Counted from the stretch's first letter, positions 52,101 through 64,000 are shown. The stretch is 64,000 nucleotides of DNA from Rhynchobatus australiae (GCA_034780895.1 JAUZTB010000066.1:20867029-20931028), one strand, 5' to 3'. Translations and numbers: made by a program. Notes: generated by a model not told the origin, from the sequence alone.

Positions 52101-55100
52101 GCCAGCCTGCTTCAAAACTTACCAGGGCATGATCGAACTTAAACGTACTGATGTAGTATGCAGGGATATCAGCTGCAGCCAGGGGCTCTGCAATTTGAGC
52201 CACGATTCCACATTCATCTGGTGGGAGAAGTTCAGATCTGTTTAACATTCAGCACTGAGTAACATCCAGCAGTAAAGACAACCCTTAACAGTAATTCCTT
52301 CAAATAACAACTGGCCCTATTCAGTCCTTTTTGGGATCAAAGTAACAATTCGTGCACAGTGACAGCATCATTAAAGGAGATTCACTTTGGGTGGTTTGGA
52401 CATTATAAAGGCTGGGCTCTAGTTTTCATGTTTTGTCCATCCCCACTGTTGCTCAGCATCCCCACGCCTCCCACCTGGTCAGCTTTCCTTCTCCATTGGA
52501 GCAAAAACAGAGAATACTGGGGATACTCAGCTGGTCAGGCAGCAGCTGTGGAGAGAGAAACAGAGTTAATGTTTCAGGTCAGAGACTCTTCTTCAGGCCT
52601 CTTCTTCTTCAGATTAACTTTCCACAGTTTCTCTTTCCACAGATGCTGTCTGACCTACTGAGTGCTTCCAGCATTTCCTGTTTTGGTTTAGAGTTCCAGC
52701 ATCTGCTGTTATTTGGATTTCTTCATACAGAGTCAGCTTTATGAGTGTCCACTCCCCTCCATTCTCCACTCCTCACGTGTGAACCTAGATTGCTACCGTT
52801 GGTAGGTTCATGTGTGGAGGATGTGTAAACTAAGGCAGCTCATCAAGAAAAGTGGAACAGCATAGATGAGAAAAACAGAGAACAATGCTTTCAGCATGAA
52901 AACATGTGTGAATTTATGCACTAAATAACTGACCAAGCACATCAATCAGAGAAGGAATAGAAGGCTGCAGCAGAATGTTTTTGATGGATCTGGTCACCAT
53001 GCTGCAGAAAGCCCATGTTGCAAGAGAGTGTAAATAGTGTCGAGTCCTGAGGGAGGATTAGAGGAGCTTAAGGTCTACAGTAGGACAGAAGGTCATTTTA
53101 GGAGATGTTATTGAAGATAAGCCCCAGATATAACTTCAAGGTATGAGAGAGAAGCAGGAACAAAGAATGAGGTGGAATTCCTTGGCTTAAAGAATGGTGT
53201 TGATGAATATGCCAGGCAGGATGGCAGAGATGGAAACACTACTCATGTTTAAAATGTGCCTGAATGCCCATATATGGGCAGGATGGTTCCTATCTGCACT
53301 GTTTTTTTCTCTGAGTGAAATACATTCATGGCCGTTTCTGGGCTGTTTCTCATCTCTCCACAATGCAACAATTGCTGTGGTGAGTCACACTCACCCACTG
53401 GTCCAATCTCCATGTCAGAGTGCACTGGATGAAGTAATCTCCCTTTGAAAGACTTCAAGGGAACTTGGAGCATACTAGCCTGGGAGCACTCAAACTCTGG
53501 GCGCTCCTGGGATAACATGGGCTGTGCCAGACCACAACACCTGCCAGGTAAATGAACAGTCCACTTTTGCCCCTTCCAGCCCTTCAGGGACACCATCCCC
53601 ATCATTCTCTGATACATCCTGAGCCCACCTCCCCATCCCACACCACCACCTCCTCATCTCCTATACCTGTGGTCCTTCCGATGTGCTACCATTCCTGATC
53701 TCACCCCACCCCCCCCCAAGTAACACCCTCTGTTCCAGATTTTCCCCCAAGCACCCCATGTCAACAAGCTTTGGGCCACAGCTGCAAATGAAATTTTCAG
53801 AGCCACCCTGTTTCTAAACCACCCAATAGGGTGCAACAGGATTTGGAGGCACATGTTCGTCCAGATGACACAGATTAGCAGAAGCAAAAGAGGCACACAC
53901 GTCTTTATATGTACTTAATTTGATTTTGTCAGACCTGTATCCTTCTGTTCATTTACCATTTACTTCAGAGTGACATTTGCCTTATTCAATGCCTCCCTCT
54001 TCTTTCATAATCATACCTTTCTATCCCGAGCCAAAATTGAGAGTTAAAAATTAAGGAGCCTGCACAAAACAACCTATAGCTAAGATTGGAAAACAAAACT
54101 AAAATTGTTCTGACAAAGGGTAGCTCCAGAAATACTGATAGCTTCTCTTTCCACCGATGTTCCTGACTTGTTGAGTGTTTCCAGCACTTCCATTTTTGTT
54201 TCAGATTTGCAGCATCTGAAGTATTTTTGATTTTCACCTAAAATTGGGAATATCTTATTCTGATTCAGAGCCAGGTTGCCATCTCTTCAGAGCAATATAT
54301 CTTCCTTAGTTTTATATTCAGTAACAACTTTACAGTTGTCACAAGGTATTACATAAAAAATACAATCTTGGTGAAATTTGACCGATGCATGCAGTTTTCC
54401 CATTCATAATACAAACTTGCTCTACTTGATACCCTGGGATCAACTACATTAAGATTTACAGAGAAACCCTACTGGCATTGCCCCAAGTCTCCAGGAAACA
54501 AATAATCAACTGCTCGGAAAGCTTTGTTCAATATGACAGAGGATCAAATTCAAAATATTACACTGAGGAAGTTAAACTATAAGCAATGTCTACATCACGG
54601 AAATGTACCATGACCCTTCCAACTCTGCATCAAAGGAACCATGACAAATTTGTCACATTCTTCTGGATGAATTGTACTTTCCAATAATTCTCCAGATCTG
54701 TGTTGTGATGTTATATTTTCTTTTTATAAATATAAAAGATATTTGGATTAAAAAGTGTTGTTGAAAGACTTTAAAGCAACTATGTGAACAGTTCAGTGCA
54801 GAAACAGAATAGAAGGCCAGGTTCTGATCTAAACCAGAACACACAAGGGGATGAGTGTTACATAACCCACCTTTGCTCGAATTTACAAAGACTGATTAAA
54901 CAAAGAACATAAAAAAGAAGCTTGGAGCATGGTTTAAAATCTGTTTCCTTTCCTTCTGGTAAAAGAACCTCCTATCCTCAGAAAGCAAGTAATTTAAGGA
55001 TCTTGGTGGTGTCACCTTCTCTGAAACAAAATCCGTGAGAAGATTAGGCTTAAGCTAACAACCCTGGAAAATGGCAAGTGCCATTTTACATTGGTCATTG

Positions 55101-58100
55101 TCCTGTTTTCCTGGGCAGCAAAAGGTTAGTCTTCATCACAGAATGAAAATGTCCCATTCTAAGGAGTTCTGTTTAATTTTAGGGAAGACACCCAATAAAG
55201 AATGAACAGAACATCTCATTACAAGTTGTTCTGCTCAGACCAGATCACTTGGGATGGACATGAGTAGCTCACAGTCACCTGTTTATTAAGATGGTGTAGG
55301 TTTGACTATGTTTGAGTTCACCCCCTCCAACTCACTGGGTTCTCCCTTTTATGCATTCTTCCTCTTCTACTCAAGAGTTTAGGTACAGGGACAATGAGTT
55401 CTGCAGACATTTACTTTCCAAGTCTTTCTGAAGATAATCACAGGATGTCAAGTAACTCATCCGTCTAAGAGGGCATGGGACATAACTGATGGCCTTCAGT
55501 GTTCAAGAAGTGGATAGCTCACCACCTCCTCATGCGGAATTAAGGATGGGCAAGTGAAGTCTAGATTTGACTTACGATGAAGAGAGATGCCTCATCAATC
55601 TATAATTCTATTTAAATCATTAAATATAGAAGCATCCGTATAATTAGGGGGATCAATAATGTTATTTGCAGCAGTGAATGCGATTCCCCAAAGGTGTGTT
55701 GTATGCTTAGCCCCAAGGTTGAGGAAATCTCTTTGGCAACCTGGAATGGGAGGAGAAAGTTCCATTGGAGCAGTACATATGGGAGCCATTGATAAAGACA
55801 GGAAGGAGGTTCTATTAATGGAGCAGGGTCCAATTTAAAAACAGAACCACAAAGGTGATATCTGGATTACCACCTGAGCCATGTGCAAAATGGCAATGGG
55901 CAAAGAAGTCAGAGAATTAAATGCATTGTTCATGGATTGGTGTGGAGGAATTTATGTCATGGAAAACAGTCACCAGTTTTAGNNNNNNNNNNNNNNNNNN
56001 NNTAGGATAGGCAACACGTGAATTGGACTGGGTCAGTCTGCCCAGACGTATTTCCCTCATCACCTCCTATTGGGTATTATGCAAAACCTGATGAAAGGTC
56101 CTCGTTAAATCTCGTTTTCTCCTTACAGATGCTGACCGACCTGCTGAGTATTTGCAGAATTTTCTGTCCTCATTGCTTGATAGGCAAATTTTCCTCCTCA
56201 TGGAAAGGAAATGGAGGCGAGGTGTATCACAAGTTGCTCAAGATTTAAAAAACCTGATCTGTCTTACCAATCACCCTGCCTACGATAAACTCAGATGGAT
56301 GATAAGGAGTCTGTGAGGGAACGTTCAGATTAGTTACGTACCGAATCCCAGAGGCTGCCCACCTATCCGAACCATCTTCCAAAGCTCACCAGACGCACTC
56401 GTAAACAGCAGATTATTTGGAAACCTTAAATGTTGGTGGGATTGGGAAATAAATTAGCTTTAGTCGGCATCATCTGAAATTATTTTAATTTGATTCTCAA
56501 TAGTGAATTCTGAATAAAAATATTTACAGGTTTCTAAGTAACAGTGCATTACTCTGACANNNNNNNNNNNNNNNNNNNNNNNNNNNNNNNNNNNNNNNNN
56601 NNNNNNNNNNNNNNNNNNNNNNNNNNNNNNNNNNNNNNNNNNNNNNNNNNNNNNNNNNNCATTACTCTGACATAATTGTACATATTAAAAAGGCTTCGAG
56701 ATTACAAATATAATTTTTAGTAACAATTAATATAACAAAAATTGCCCTCTTTACCTGATGGGCTGGGCATGTGCTTCACTGTGCTGGAAGTGTAGGTATG
56801 TGTTCAGTGCCTTGCCATTTGGAAGCTGAATGTTCTTGGGGTCAGGAGCAGTGGGACAACAGCAGTGTGATTCAAGCTTGTGTGGAAGTGGGCAATTGGA
56901 GACGGTGTTTTCTAGTTGGCTGGGCTCGTGTGTAAGGGTGTGTTTGTGTGCATGGTAGTGGGGGAGTTGGTTACAGGATGAGGGCTGTAACAAGGATTGG
57001 ATCCCAGATCAGTCAGGGATGGACCATTTGATTCAGCTCCTGGGAGCTTGGAGTAAATCGACCCACCACCCATCCCAGATTAAAAGGATACATCTTGGGA
57101 AATTTTTGGGCTCCACAAAATATTCCTTCTTTTGCACCTCAGTGAAACTCATGCCAGCGACTCCCAGCATTCAGTTGAAAGTCATAAACCTCCACTTAAA
57201 TGAAGTAATCAATACCAGGAAGGGTCAAGTGCTCAGGTAGGTCTGGGCTGAGCTGACAGCTATGGATGTGCCCTCCCAGGTGCTGGTAAATTCATCCCTC
57301 CCTGATACTTAGAACGGGTGCCCAATGGTAGGCCAGCTCTAGAGGAAGTTGTCCTCAGCTGCACTTACACTGGAGGGGACTGGTTCTCAGGATTCTCCAG
57401 GGCAACATTTTAATACCCAAGACTGTTTCTGGATGAGATGAGATCACTGTTAACACACAAATGAGTCCAAAAACTGTCCTGGTGCAGACTGATCATATGC
57501 ACTTCAGGAAGCTTTTTAGACTTCTCATACCTCTGTTGTGTCTGCACATCCATCACTAGCGAGATGTAGCGCTCAATGAGGGAAAAGGAGAAGAACCGAA
57601 TGTGACCACTTTCTTCGCTGCCTATCGCAGAATCTTTCACACTATAACCACAAGGAACACAATACCATTATCGATCTTTCCTTGTTAATGTGCTCCAACA
57701 CACGTACATTTATCCATAAGTATTTTCACTGAATAAGAATTCACATTAAGATAATAGTTTGTATGTTATTTGCAATGAAGATTAAGTGCAACATCCAAGG
57801 CTGTGAATAAAAAAATGACTTTAATCTCAGTATCTCACTGTCAAAAAGGATTTGTGATTTGGTTATCCTTTAAGCTAGTTCCATTTTCTTTTTAAAAATT
57901 GTGTAACAAACATAAATTGTTGTGATCTTTCTAACTTACCCATTGGAATAAAACATGACATCCATGAGAAGAGTGGCTACAGTTGGTAAGGTATCGGGGT
58001 CCAAGCTGGTAACACAGAACTTGTTACTGGGACTGGACAGTGGATGAATAACTGGCCTCTGAACTGTGTGACAGATTACAAAAACAGTATGTCTGAAAGC

Positions 58101-61100
58101 CCTTCAGTAATGACAATACTGTCAGCCGCAGCATGGTTCTACTGGTACGTGGAAACAGGTTACAGCTACTCTTATGAATGATAAACACTTCATTTTGCTA
58201 TTCCCATATTTAACAAACAAGAACATTCAAAGAGTATCCCACTTATTTTCACACTAAGTGACGTCTGAAGTGGTTTTGAAGAGGTTCTCTCTCCCTAACC
58301 ACACTGTGCATCCAACATCACTGTGCATAAATTTAACCAGCAGCTGTTCAGTGGTGGGAGGACTGGGATGTGGCAGCGAGCAAGAAGTCTTGATTAACAT
58401 GGCTTCCTTCCATGGAGATTCTACTAATGGAATACAACTGATGGAACCCAGAATGAATCATGGCTGGGATTATCACATGCTGTGCTGATTGCTGCAAATA
58501 TCATCACAGAACGATTATGGCACAGGAGAAGATAATTCAGCCCACTGAGTTCTTGCCAGCTCTTTATAGAGCTAGCCTGTCACTCCCATTACCTTGGTCT
58601 TTCGCTATTGCCTTACAAATTATTCTGTGTAATCATGTCTGTCTAGTTTCTTTAAGAAAGCCCTGACTGACCATTTCCACTACCCTTACCATTAACCACT
58701 TTCAGATCATCGCCACTCTCCGCATAAGAAAGTTTCTCCCCATACTCACCCCATTTCTTTTACCCATCACTTTGAATCTGTGAATCACTGACCCTTCTCA
58801 TAATGGGAAAAGGTGCCCTTCATTCATCCTATTTAAAGATGTCATGATTTTGCACGCTTCTAGCACATCTCTTCTCAAAGTTGTTTGCTCCAAGAAAAAC
58901 AAACCCAGCTTCTCCAGTCTAAAATTGCCCCTGAAATTCCTCATCCCTGTAAATCATTTCTGGACTCCCTCCAGGTCTTCACATCCTTCCTGAAATGAGG
59001 TGACTAGTTGTGGTCTTACCAGTGATTTATTCAGATTTAACATTAATTGCCTTGCTTTTGGACTTGAAACCCCAATCGCATAGCCATTACTATCAATGTG
59101 TCCTGCCACTTTCCAAGATTTATCTACAGATATNNNNNNNNNNNNNNNNNNNNNNNNNNNNNNNNNNNNNNNNNNNNNNNNNNNNNNNNNNNNNNNNNNN
59201 NNNNNNNNNNNNNNNNNNNNNNNNNNNNNNNNNTACAGATATAGAGAGGATCCTTCATTGTTACATGCCTTCCGAATGTACCTGTTGTAAAGCCAATTGT
59301 AAAAGATAACTTTCTCTGGTGAGACCACCACAACAGTACACAGTGTCATGAGTGTGGTCAAACCAATGGCTCCACCTGACCCACCACTCACCCCCCCACA
59401 CACTTACTCCTTAGAGCTCTTTGGGATCATCAACCTGGAGATCTAGATTCTATGGTTGTCCTGCAAAACAGAATGCCTCCTAACTCAAGACATCTGTCCT
59501 CTGTCGCTGGAGCCAGTGACACACCTGGCGATGGAGTGGGAAGTTGTATACACTCAGAGCTGACCCCGAACCCATCTTTGACTCCATCGTTTCAATGTGC
59601 AGGTGTGGAAGCCAAGGGCAGGCTGAGCACAAAGAGGACCTCACTGGTAGAACTGCCAGCGAAAGGCAAGCATGTTTGGACCCGCAACCTCACAACTACT
59701 GTTCAGGATTGAACTAATAAAACATCCCCACTTTTGATTTGCTTTTCTCATTTCCACCGAGGAGGAGTGGGACACCTTTCATCATTGACACAATAATCAA
59801 CTCCTTCGTAGTCCTTAGTCAGACCAACGGTGGTAAGTATATAGAAGGCCTAATAATGCAGTGGTTGTAAACTCACCTAGTTTTGGCTTCACAAATCCAT
59901 TGGTGATTCCTAAGTGGTCAGCAGCAACCGTCTCCCCATTTACTACCCTGAGGATGGTAAATTCTGCTGAGAGAGTGTGCATAACTAATGGCAGATCTCT
60001 TTCCCGGACCTAAGAGAGAAAGAAATAGAGAATATCAAACCCCTTNNNNNNNNNNNNNNNNNNNNNNNNNNNNNNNNNNNNNNNNNNNNNNNNNNNNNNN
60101 NNNNNNNNNNNNNNNNNNNNNNNNNNNNNNNNNNNNNNNNNNNNNAGAGAAAGAAATAGAGAATATCAAACCCCTTCTGATGTCTTGAATGGGACTATCA
60201 GTTTGAAATCAAGCATATCAACAAATCTTGGAGTTTTCAGTGACACTGTAGAACTTGAAAGGCTACTATAACTGACATTCAAGGACACAGAATAGATGCA
60301 CAGACCCTGCAGTCCATAATAGGAAAATTTTATTTTATAGACAAAAGTAATCTTTACTTTGCCAATTCATCTGCATTGTTGGACTTGTGGTGTTTTGAAA
60401 ATGTGCAAAAGCTGCATACTTCATTGTATCACGGCACCCTAAATGTTTCAACAAACATCAAGTCAAATAGTCAAAAGGATACTGTTAATGCATTTCACAG
60501 GAAGCACCTGATGCAGCTCCAAAAATTTGACATTGAAATGTCTGCACGGACTGTGGTACAGAAAATGCAGCTGGACAGAAGATCAAGGGCGAGAGGATAT
60601 CAGGTACAAACTCTTTCTGCGGCCTCCTTCCACAAATCTGTAATCCACCCCCGGTCTCCTAAAATAGCCCATCCAACCATGTTTATGCTGGAGAGTTCTG
60701 CGCACCTGGGACACACTTCATGCTCCTGATGTGACATTTCCTCACATAAAGAATTAGACAAAGTCTGTAAGTGCAATTTTGTGACATTACCACAAAAGCT
60801 ACCCAGTTGAGCACAGATTTTAACAAGAGGCACATTTGAAACAGCATTCATTTACAGTAAAACTCTGATAATCCACTATCCAATGATTCAGAAATCTGGC
60901 TGACCAGATGATGTTTGGCATGCTCCCTTTGCACTCCCCAAGGCCCCAGTTTCTGAGTTCCTTTTAAACCTTTAATACTGTGTAAGATCTGAAAAAAAAG
61001 TAAATCAAAAGTACAGAAAATCTGCTAGTCCAGCGATGGCAAAGTCCTGAGCATATTGGAGTTTTTCTGTGCTCTGTTCAGGCTTAGCATGAATAAAACT

Positions 61101-61344
61101 GACTCAGTGCACACCCAAGAGGAAGCCGGTGCTCCATCTCTACGTCTTACCAGGATGAAGTCTGTTTGATAGGTGGAGAGCATGAACACAGAGATATTGT
61201 GGTCTGCAAGCGGTGCAATAACTGACTTGGCAATCTTGGTGACTCCAATGGGCTGAGAGCTGGAGAAACTCCCACCACCAGACACAACATTCAACGCCAA
61301 CCACATCTCATCTGCCACACTCAGGAGATCTGACCCAGGCAGTT
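49042..61344 (-). CDS. CASTOR2: CASTOR2 (GATSL2), cytosolic arginine sensor for mTORC1 subunit 2; 5'-partial gene with 7 coding exons (equivalent to exons 3-9) in the window
   Basis: Join of 61344-61151, 60009-59877, 58063-57940, 57641-57531, 56424-56342, 52217-52123, 49107-49042 (194+133+124+111+83+95+66 = 806 nt). All introns are GT-AG with compatible phases, giving one frame ending in TAG. Peptides VSGGGSFSSSQPIGVTKIAKSVIAPLAD, VRERDLP, GITNGFVKPKL, HIRFFSFSL, TFKFDHAL and C-terminal VSQxxKH match CASTOR2 rather than CASTOR1 as I recall them. Confidence 0.96.
49340..49685 (+). mobile_element. Decayed CR1 3' fragment in the last CASTOR2 intron
   Basis: ttccctggaatttagtaggttcagggacaatttgatt..caggctgaatagctggctcctgtt. 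Confidence 0.6.
52123..52217 (-). CDS. CASTOR2: CASTOR2 coding exon (exon 8 equivalent)
   Basis: caccag|AT acceptor and CTG|gtaagt donor; encodes (D)ECGIVAQIAEPLAAADIPAYYISTFKFDHAL. Confidence 0.96.
52502..52722. mobile_element. Fold-back Penelope terminal-repeat derivative in CASTOR2 intron 7
   Basis: Arm tactcagctggtcaggcagcagctgtggagagagaaac, inverted arm gtttctctttccacagatgctgtctgacctactgagtg; the hammerhead-like core lies between them. Confidence 0.8.
54105..54237 (+). mobile_element. Penelope terminal-repeat remnant (another at ~56085-56170)
   Basis: gttctgacaaaggg..ccaccgatgttcctgacttgttgagtgtttccagcac..tcagatttgcagcatctg. Confidence 0.65.
56342..56424 (-). CDS. CASTOR2: CASTOR2 coding exon (exon 7 equivalent)
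   Basis: tttaag|G acceptor and G|gtacgt donor; encodes (R)FPNNLLFTSASGELWKMVRIGGQPLGF(D). Confidence 0.96.
57531..57641 (-). CDS. CASTOR2: CASTOR2 coding exon (exon 6 equivalent)
   Basis: ttatag|T acceptor and AG|gtatga donor; encodes (G)VKDSAIGSEESGHIRFFSFSLIERYISLVMDVQTQQ(R). Confidence 0.95.
57940..58063 (-). CDS. CASTOR2: CASTOR2 coding exon (exon 5 equivalent)
   Basis: cacacag|TT acceptor and GG|gtaagt donor; encodes (V)QRPVIHPLSSPSNKFCVTSLDPDTLPTVATLLMDVMFYSN(G). Confidence 0.96.
58500..59133 (-). mobile_element. Decayed CR1 LINE 3' portion in CASTOR2 intron 4
   Basis: Minus-strand peptide LMLNLNKSLVRPQL and tail atcacagaacgattatggcacaggagaag..attcagccca. Confidence 0.75.
59877..60009 (-). 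CDS. CASTOR2: CASTOR2 coding exon (exon 4 equivalent)
   Basis: ctcttag|GTC acceptor and CTAG|gtgagt donor; encodes VRERDLPLVMHTLSAEFTILRVVNGETVAADHLGITNGFVKPKL. Not shown in the ORF track. Confidence 0.96.
61151..61344 (-). CDS. CASTOR2: CASTOR2 coding exon (exon 3 equivalent)
   Basis: ttctag|AACTG acceptor and CTG|gtaag donor; encodes (E)LPGSDLLSVADEMWLALNVVSGGGSFSSSQPIGVTKIAKSVIAPLADHNISVFMLSTYQTDFIL. Confidence 0.96.
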
Positions 61345-62070
61345 CTAGAAATACAAGTAAATAAGACACAGGCTATTACTCTCAAACAAAGTGCAATATG
61401 TGCCAAAATATGTGAAACAATCAGCCAACAGCATTTCCAAATGTTAAAAATGTACAAAACAACAAGAATGGTTTAAATTACAGTGCAACAAGTGATGGGT
61501 GAAGCAACCAGAAGGGCTGGTTGGTTACTACAGTGATATTGGTGTAGTCCATCAGGGAGCCATGGCTGGGTCTTCCAGATTGTAAGGACCTTAAAAGAAG
61601 GATCATTTAGGTTGATCGAACTGACCCTGCCCACATAATGACAGAATTTAACTGCTGGCTTTGCCTCATCTCTCCCAGGCTTCAGGGAATTGCCGAAGCT
61701 GGAATTCTTAAGAACATCTGACACATTCATAAACACTCAAAACTTAAAAAATCTTAAATATTAAAGATCTAAATAATTTTAATCATTTAGCTCTTTTATG
61801 CAAATTTCCTAGTTTAGATGTANNNNNNNNNNNNNNNNNNNNNNNNNNNNNNNNNNNNNNNNNNNNNNNNNNNNNNNNNNNNNNNNNNNNNNNNNNNNNN
61901 NNNNNNNNNNNNNNNNNNNNNNTATTAAAGATCTAAATAATTTTAATCATTTATAAATTAACATGCTCTTAGATTTTTTTCAGAATTAGAAAATTGAAGA
62001 TACTTTTGAGAACAAAGTTACCAAATGTCCTTTTAAAATACTAAACTCTTACTTGAGTCTTACATTATTA

Positions 62071-62270
62071 TCTGCATCGGTTTCCTCTGGGTACTCCGGT
62101 TTCCCCCCACATTCCAAAGACGTAAAGGTTAGGAAGTTGTGGGAATTCTATGTTGGCGCCGGAAATGTGGTGACACTTGCGGGCTGCCCCCAGAACACCA
62201 CGCAAAAACATGTATTTTACTGCATGTTTTGATGTACATGTGACTAATAAAGATATCTCTTTTCTTATCT
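62071..62270 (+). mobile_element. 5'-truncated V-SINE (Rex1-like tail) in CASTOR2 intron 2
   Basis: ggtttcctctgggtactccggtttccccccacattccaaagacgt..gggctgccccc..gatgtacatgtgactaataaag; same subfamily as 25998-26232. Confidence 0.85.
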
Positions 62271-63344
62271 TGCATTCCCTTCTGTTGTAATCTATTGGTC
62301 CAGGTGCAGAACTCCCTGATGAGTTTGCGACAATGAGTCCAAGTTCTCACCTTGCTGACCTCCAAGAGGTGCGTAATACCAGAGCACGGCCTGGGTCCCA
62401 GTGGGGATGTGTGAGCATGCACATCAGGAAGTTGTTGTCAGCTTCGTTGGTAGAGGACAGGGATGTGGATGGTTTTGCTGCCTTTACTCCAGAAAATTGA
62501 GGACATTGTTTTTGATTGTAATTACACTGTTTTGCAGTTCTCAACTACCCTTGAGCTATCTGCAGTCTAACAGCTTGAACCAACGTTGGACAACCTGTCA
62601 AAATCAGCCCCAAAGGTGCTTGGTTTGATTATGTTTCTGTGCAGTAAGTTAAAACAGCAACCTGTCTTGGGGTTTTTGGAATGTATCCAATGTGTAGATT
62701 AACATGATAGTGCAGATTAATTAATTACAATTGTACGGAAATGTCAGAAACCTACATAATGAATGAATTTGCTTACTGCTGGTCCATGGATCATTACTGT
62801 GACGCTGTCAATTCTAGAGTCAAATGTACAGTTTTTGAGAGCTAAACTGCCATGGTGCTGCTTGTCTACAATCTACTGGGCTTTCAACTTCCAGGAACTT
62901 CATGAGGACGGGTAGGTTAATGACCCTTTAACAAAGCTTTAGTGTCTTGTCAGGCCTAAACTGATCCTTTAATGTGTTCATGGTATACTCAGTGAAAATA
63001 AAGCTCTTGACCGAGTGGAATCCTAAGGGATCAAGGCTTCTCAGCATAGATTTTAGTTGCAAGCTGCCACCTACATGTTACTCTCGCTTAGGGTGCTACT
63101 GGAGATGCTCGATTTGAAAGCACAGTGGTAGCTGCCAGGGATGTGACCATTTGTTTGTATAACAGGTGTCCTGCTGGTCACGGGTTAATGTAGATTGGGA
63201 GCCTTATTCTTAACTTAAATAGTTAAAGAGAACAAACAGTTTACTGTTTACTTCCAGAAACTACTCAAAGAGAAATCTACCTTTGGCATCTCTGAAAACC
63301 TTCTCACAAACCAAAGCTTTCCTACACATGAATCGTGCTACACA

Positions 63345-63447
63345 TCAAAGTCAAAGTCGAGTTTATTGTCACATGCACAAGTATACACGTATACACAGGT
63401 GCAATGAAAAATATACTTGCAGCAGCATCACAGGCATATAGCATCTC
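63345..63447 (-). mobile_element. LINE 3' tail fragment (probably Rex1-type)
   Basis: caaagtcaaagtcgagtttattgtcacatgcac..aatgaaaa..cttgcagcagcatcacagg; the reverse complement ends gtgacaataaac plus a short tandem repeat. Confidence 0.55.
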
Positions 63448-64000
63448 CATTCAATAGCAAAATATCTGGGTCATTTTAGGTAAGAACACAGAAGGCTTAA
63501 ATGAAAGAAATGTAAGACATGTTGCTATATTCCCAGCACTTGCAAACTTCTGTATCACATTAATTAAAAAGTACAAGCAAAGAGAAAGCCACTCTGTTAG
63601 TGAATGGACTTGAAGTTCTCTTAAGAACAATCAGACTCTTTTTGCTTCAGGAAGGCTCTGTGGTCCTAATGGGTGATATTGTTGGAAAATTGGAGCTTTG
63701 TAGCAGAAGCTATGTGCTAATTGTATATTTCCCCCAAAAGTAGTGCATATACTTCCATAGTGTGCTCACTACTTTCTATTTGAAATTGTTAAATACATTT
63801 AGTTATAATGTAAGAAATCTGAAGAATGCAGGAAGTATTTAGTGTATAATCACTTAAGGATCAATATCATTCAGCATTAAATAAGTGTTTGATTTTTCAG
63901 AATCCTCATGTCCAGTCTGTATTCTGGGTCCCAATCACCCCAACCATGACAGAATGTGCATCGATGCATCTGGTGCATCTGGTTGACTTTACTATTCAAG

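Noticed and set aside
61025-61150. ORF-track extensions of CASTOR2 exons (VRRRDGAPAS.., YEKSKK.., VSFEAGW..)
   Set aside because: These are read-through into introns past strong GT donors; similarity to CASTOR2 stops at the splice sites.
61345-64000. CASTOR2 exons 1-2 (MELHILEH.., CKFFSLTETPEDYT..)
   Set aside because: No matching sequence seen; they presumably lie beyond the window end.

Overview
Eukaryotic (vertebrate) genomic DNA, AT-rich and CpG-depleted, from a draft assembly with many N gaps. The repeat complement (CR1/HER1-like LINEs, V-SINEs, Deu-domain SINEs, Rex1/Babar, Penelope-like elements) points to a cartilaginous fish, probably a ray. The only protein-coding gene I can support is CASTOR2 (GATSL2, an mTORC1/GATOR2 pathway regulator) on the minus strand: seven GT-AG exons between 61344 and 49042 splice into one open frame matching human residues ~62-329; the first two exons are not in the window. 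The rest is intronic, 3' flanking or intergenic DNA full of decayed retroelements, and nearly all ORF-track ORFs are spurious or TE fragments. I found no convincing new biological system. The best leads are: (1) a hybrid H-N-I motif at the CASTOR1/CASTOR2 arginine-sensing switch; (2) a possible ~18.6 kb CASTOR2 3'UTR ending at a poly(A) signal near 30466; (3) Penelope terminal repeats carrying decayed minimal hammerhead ribozymes, including one TSD-bounded inverted element; (4) V-SINEs with swapped CR1 versus Rex1 tails. Comparisons to human proteins and repeat families are from memory, not database searches.
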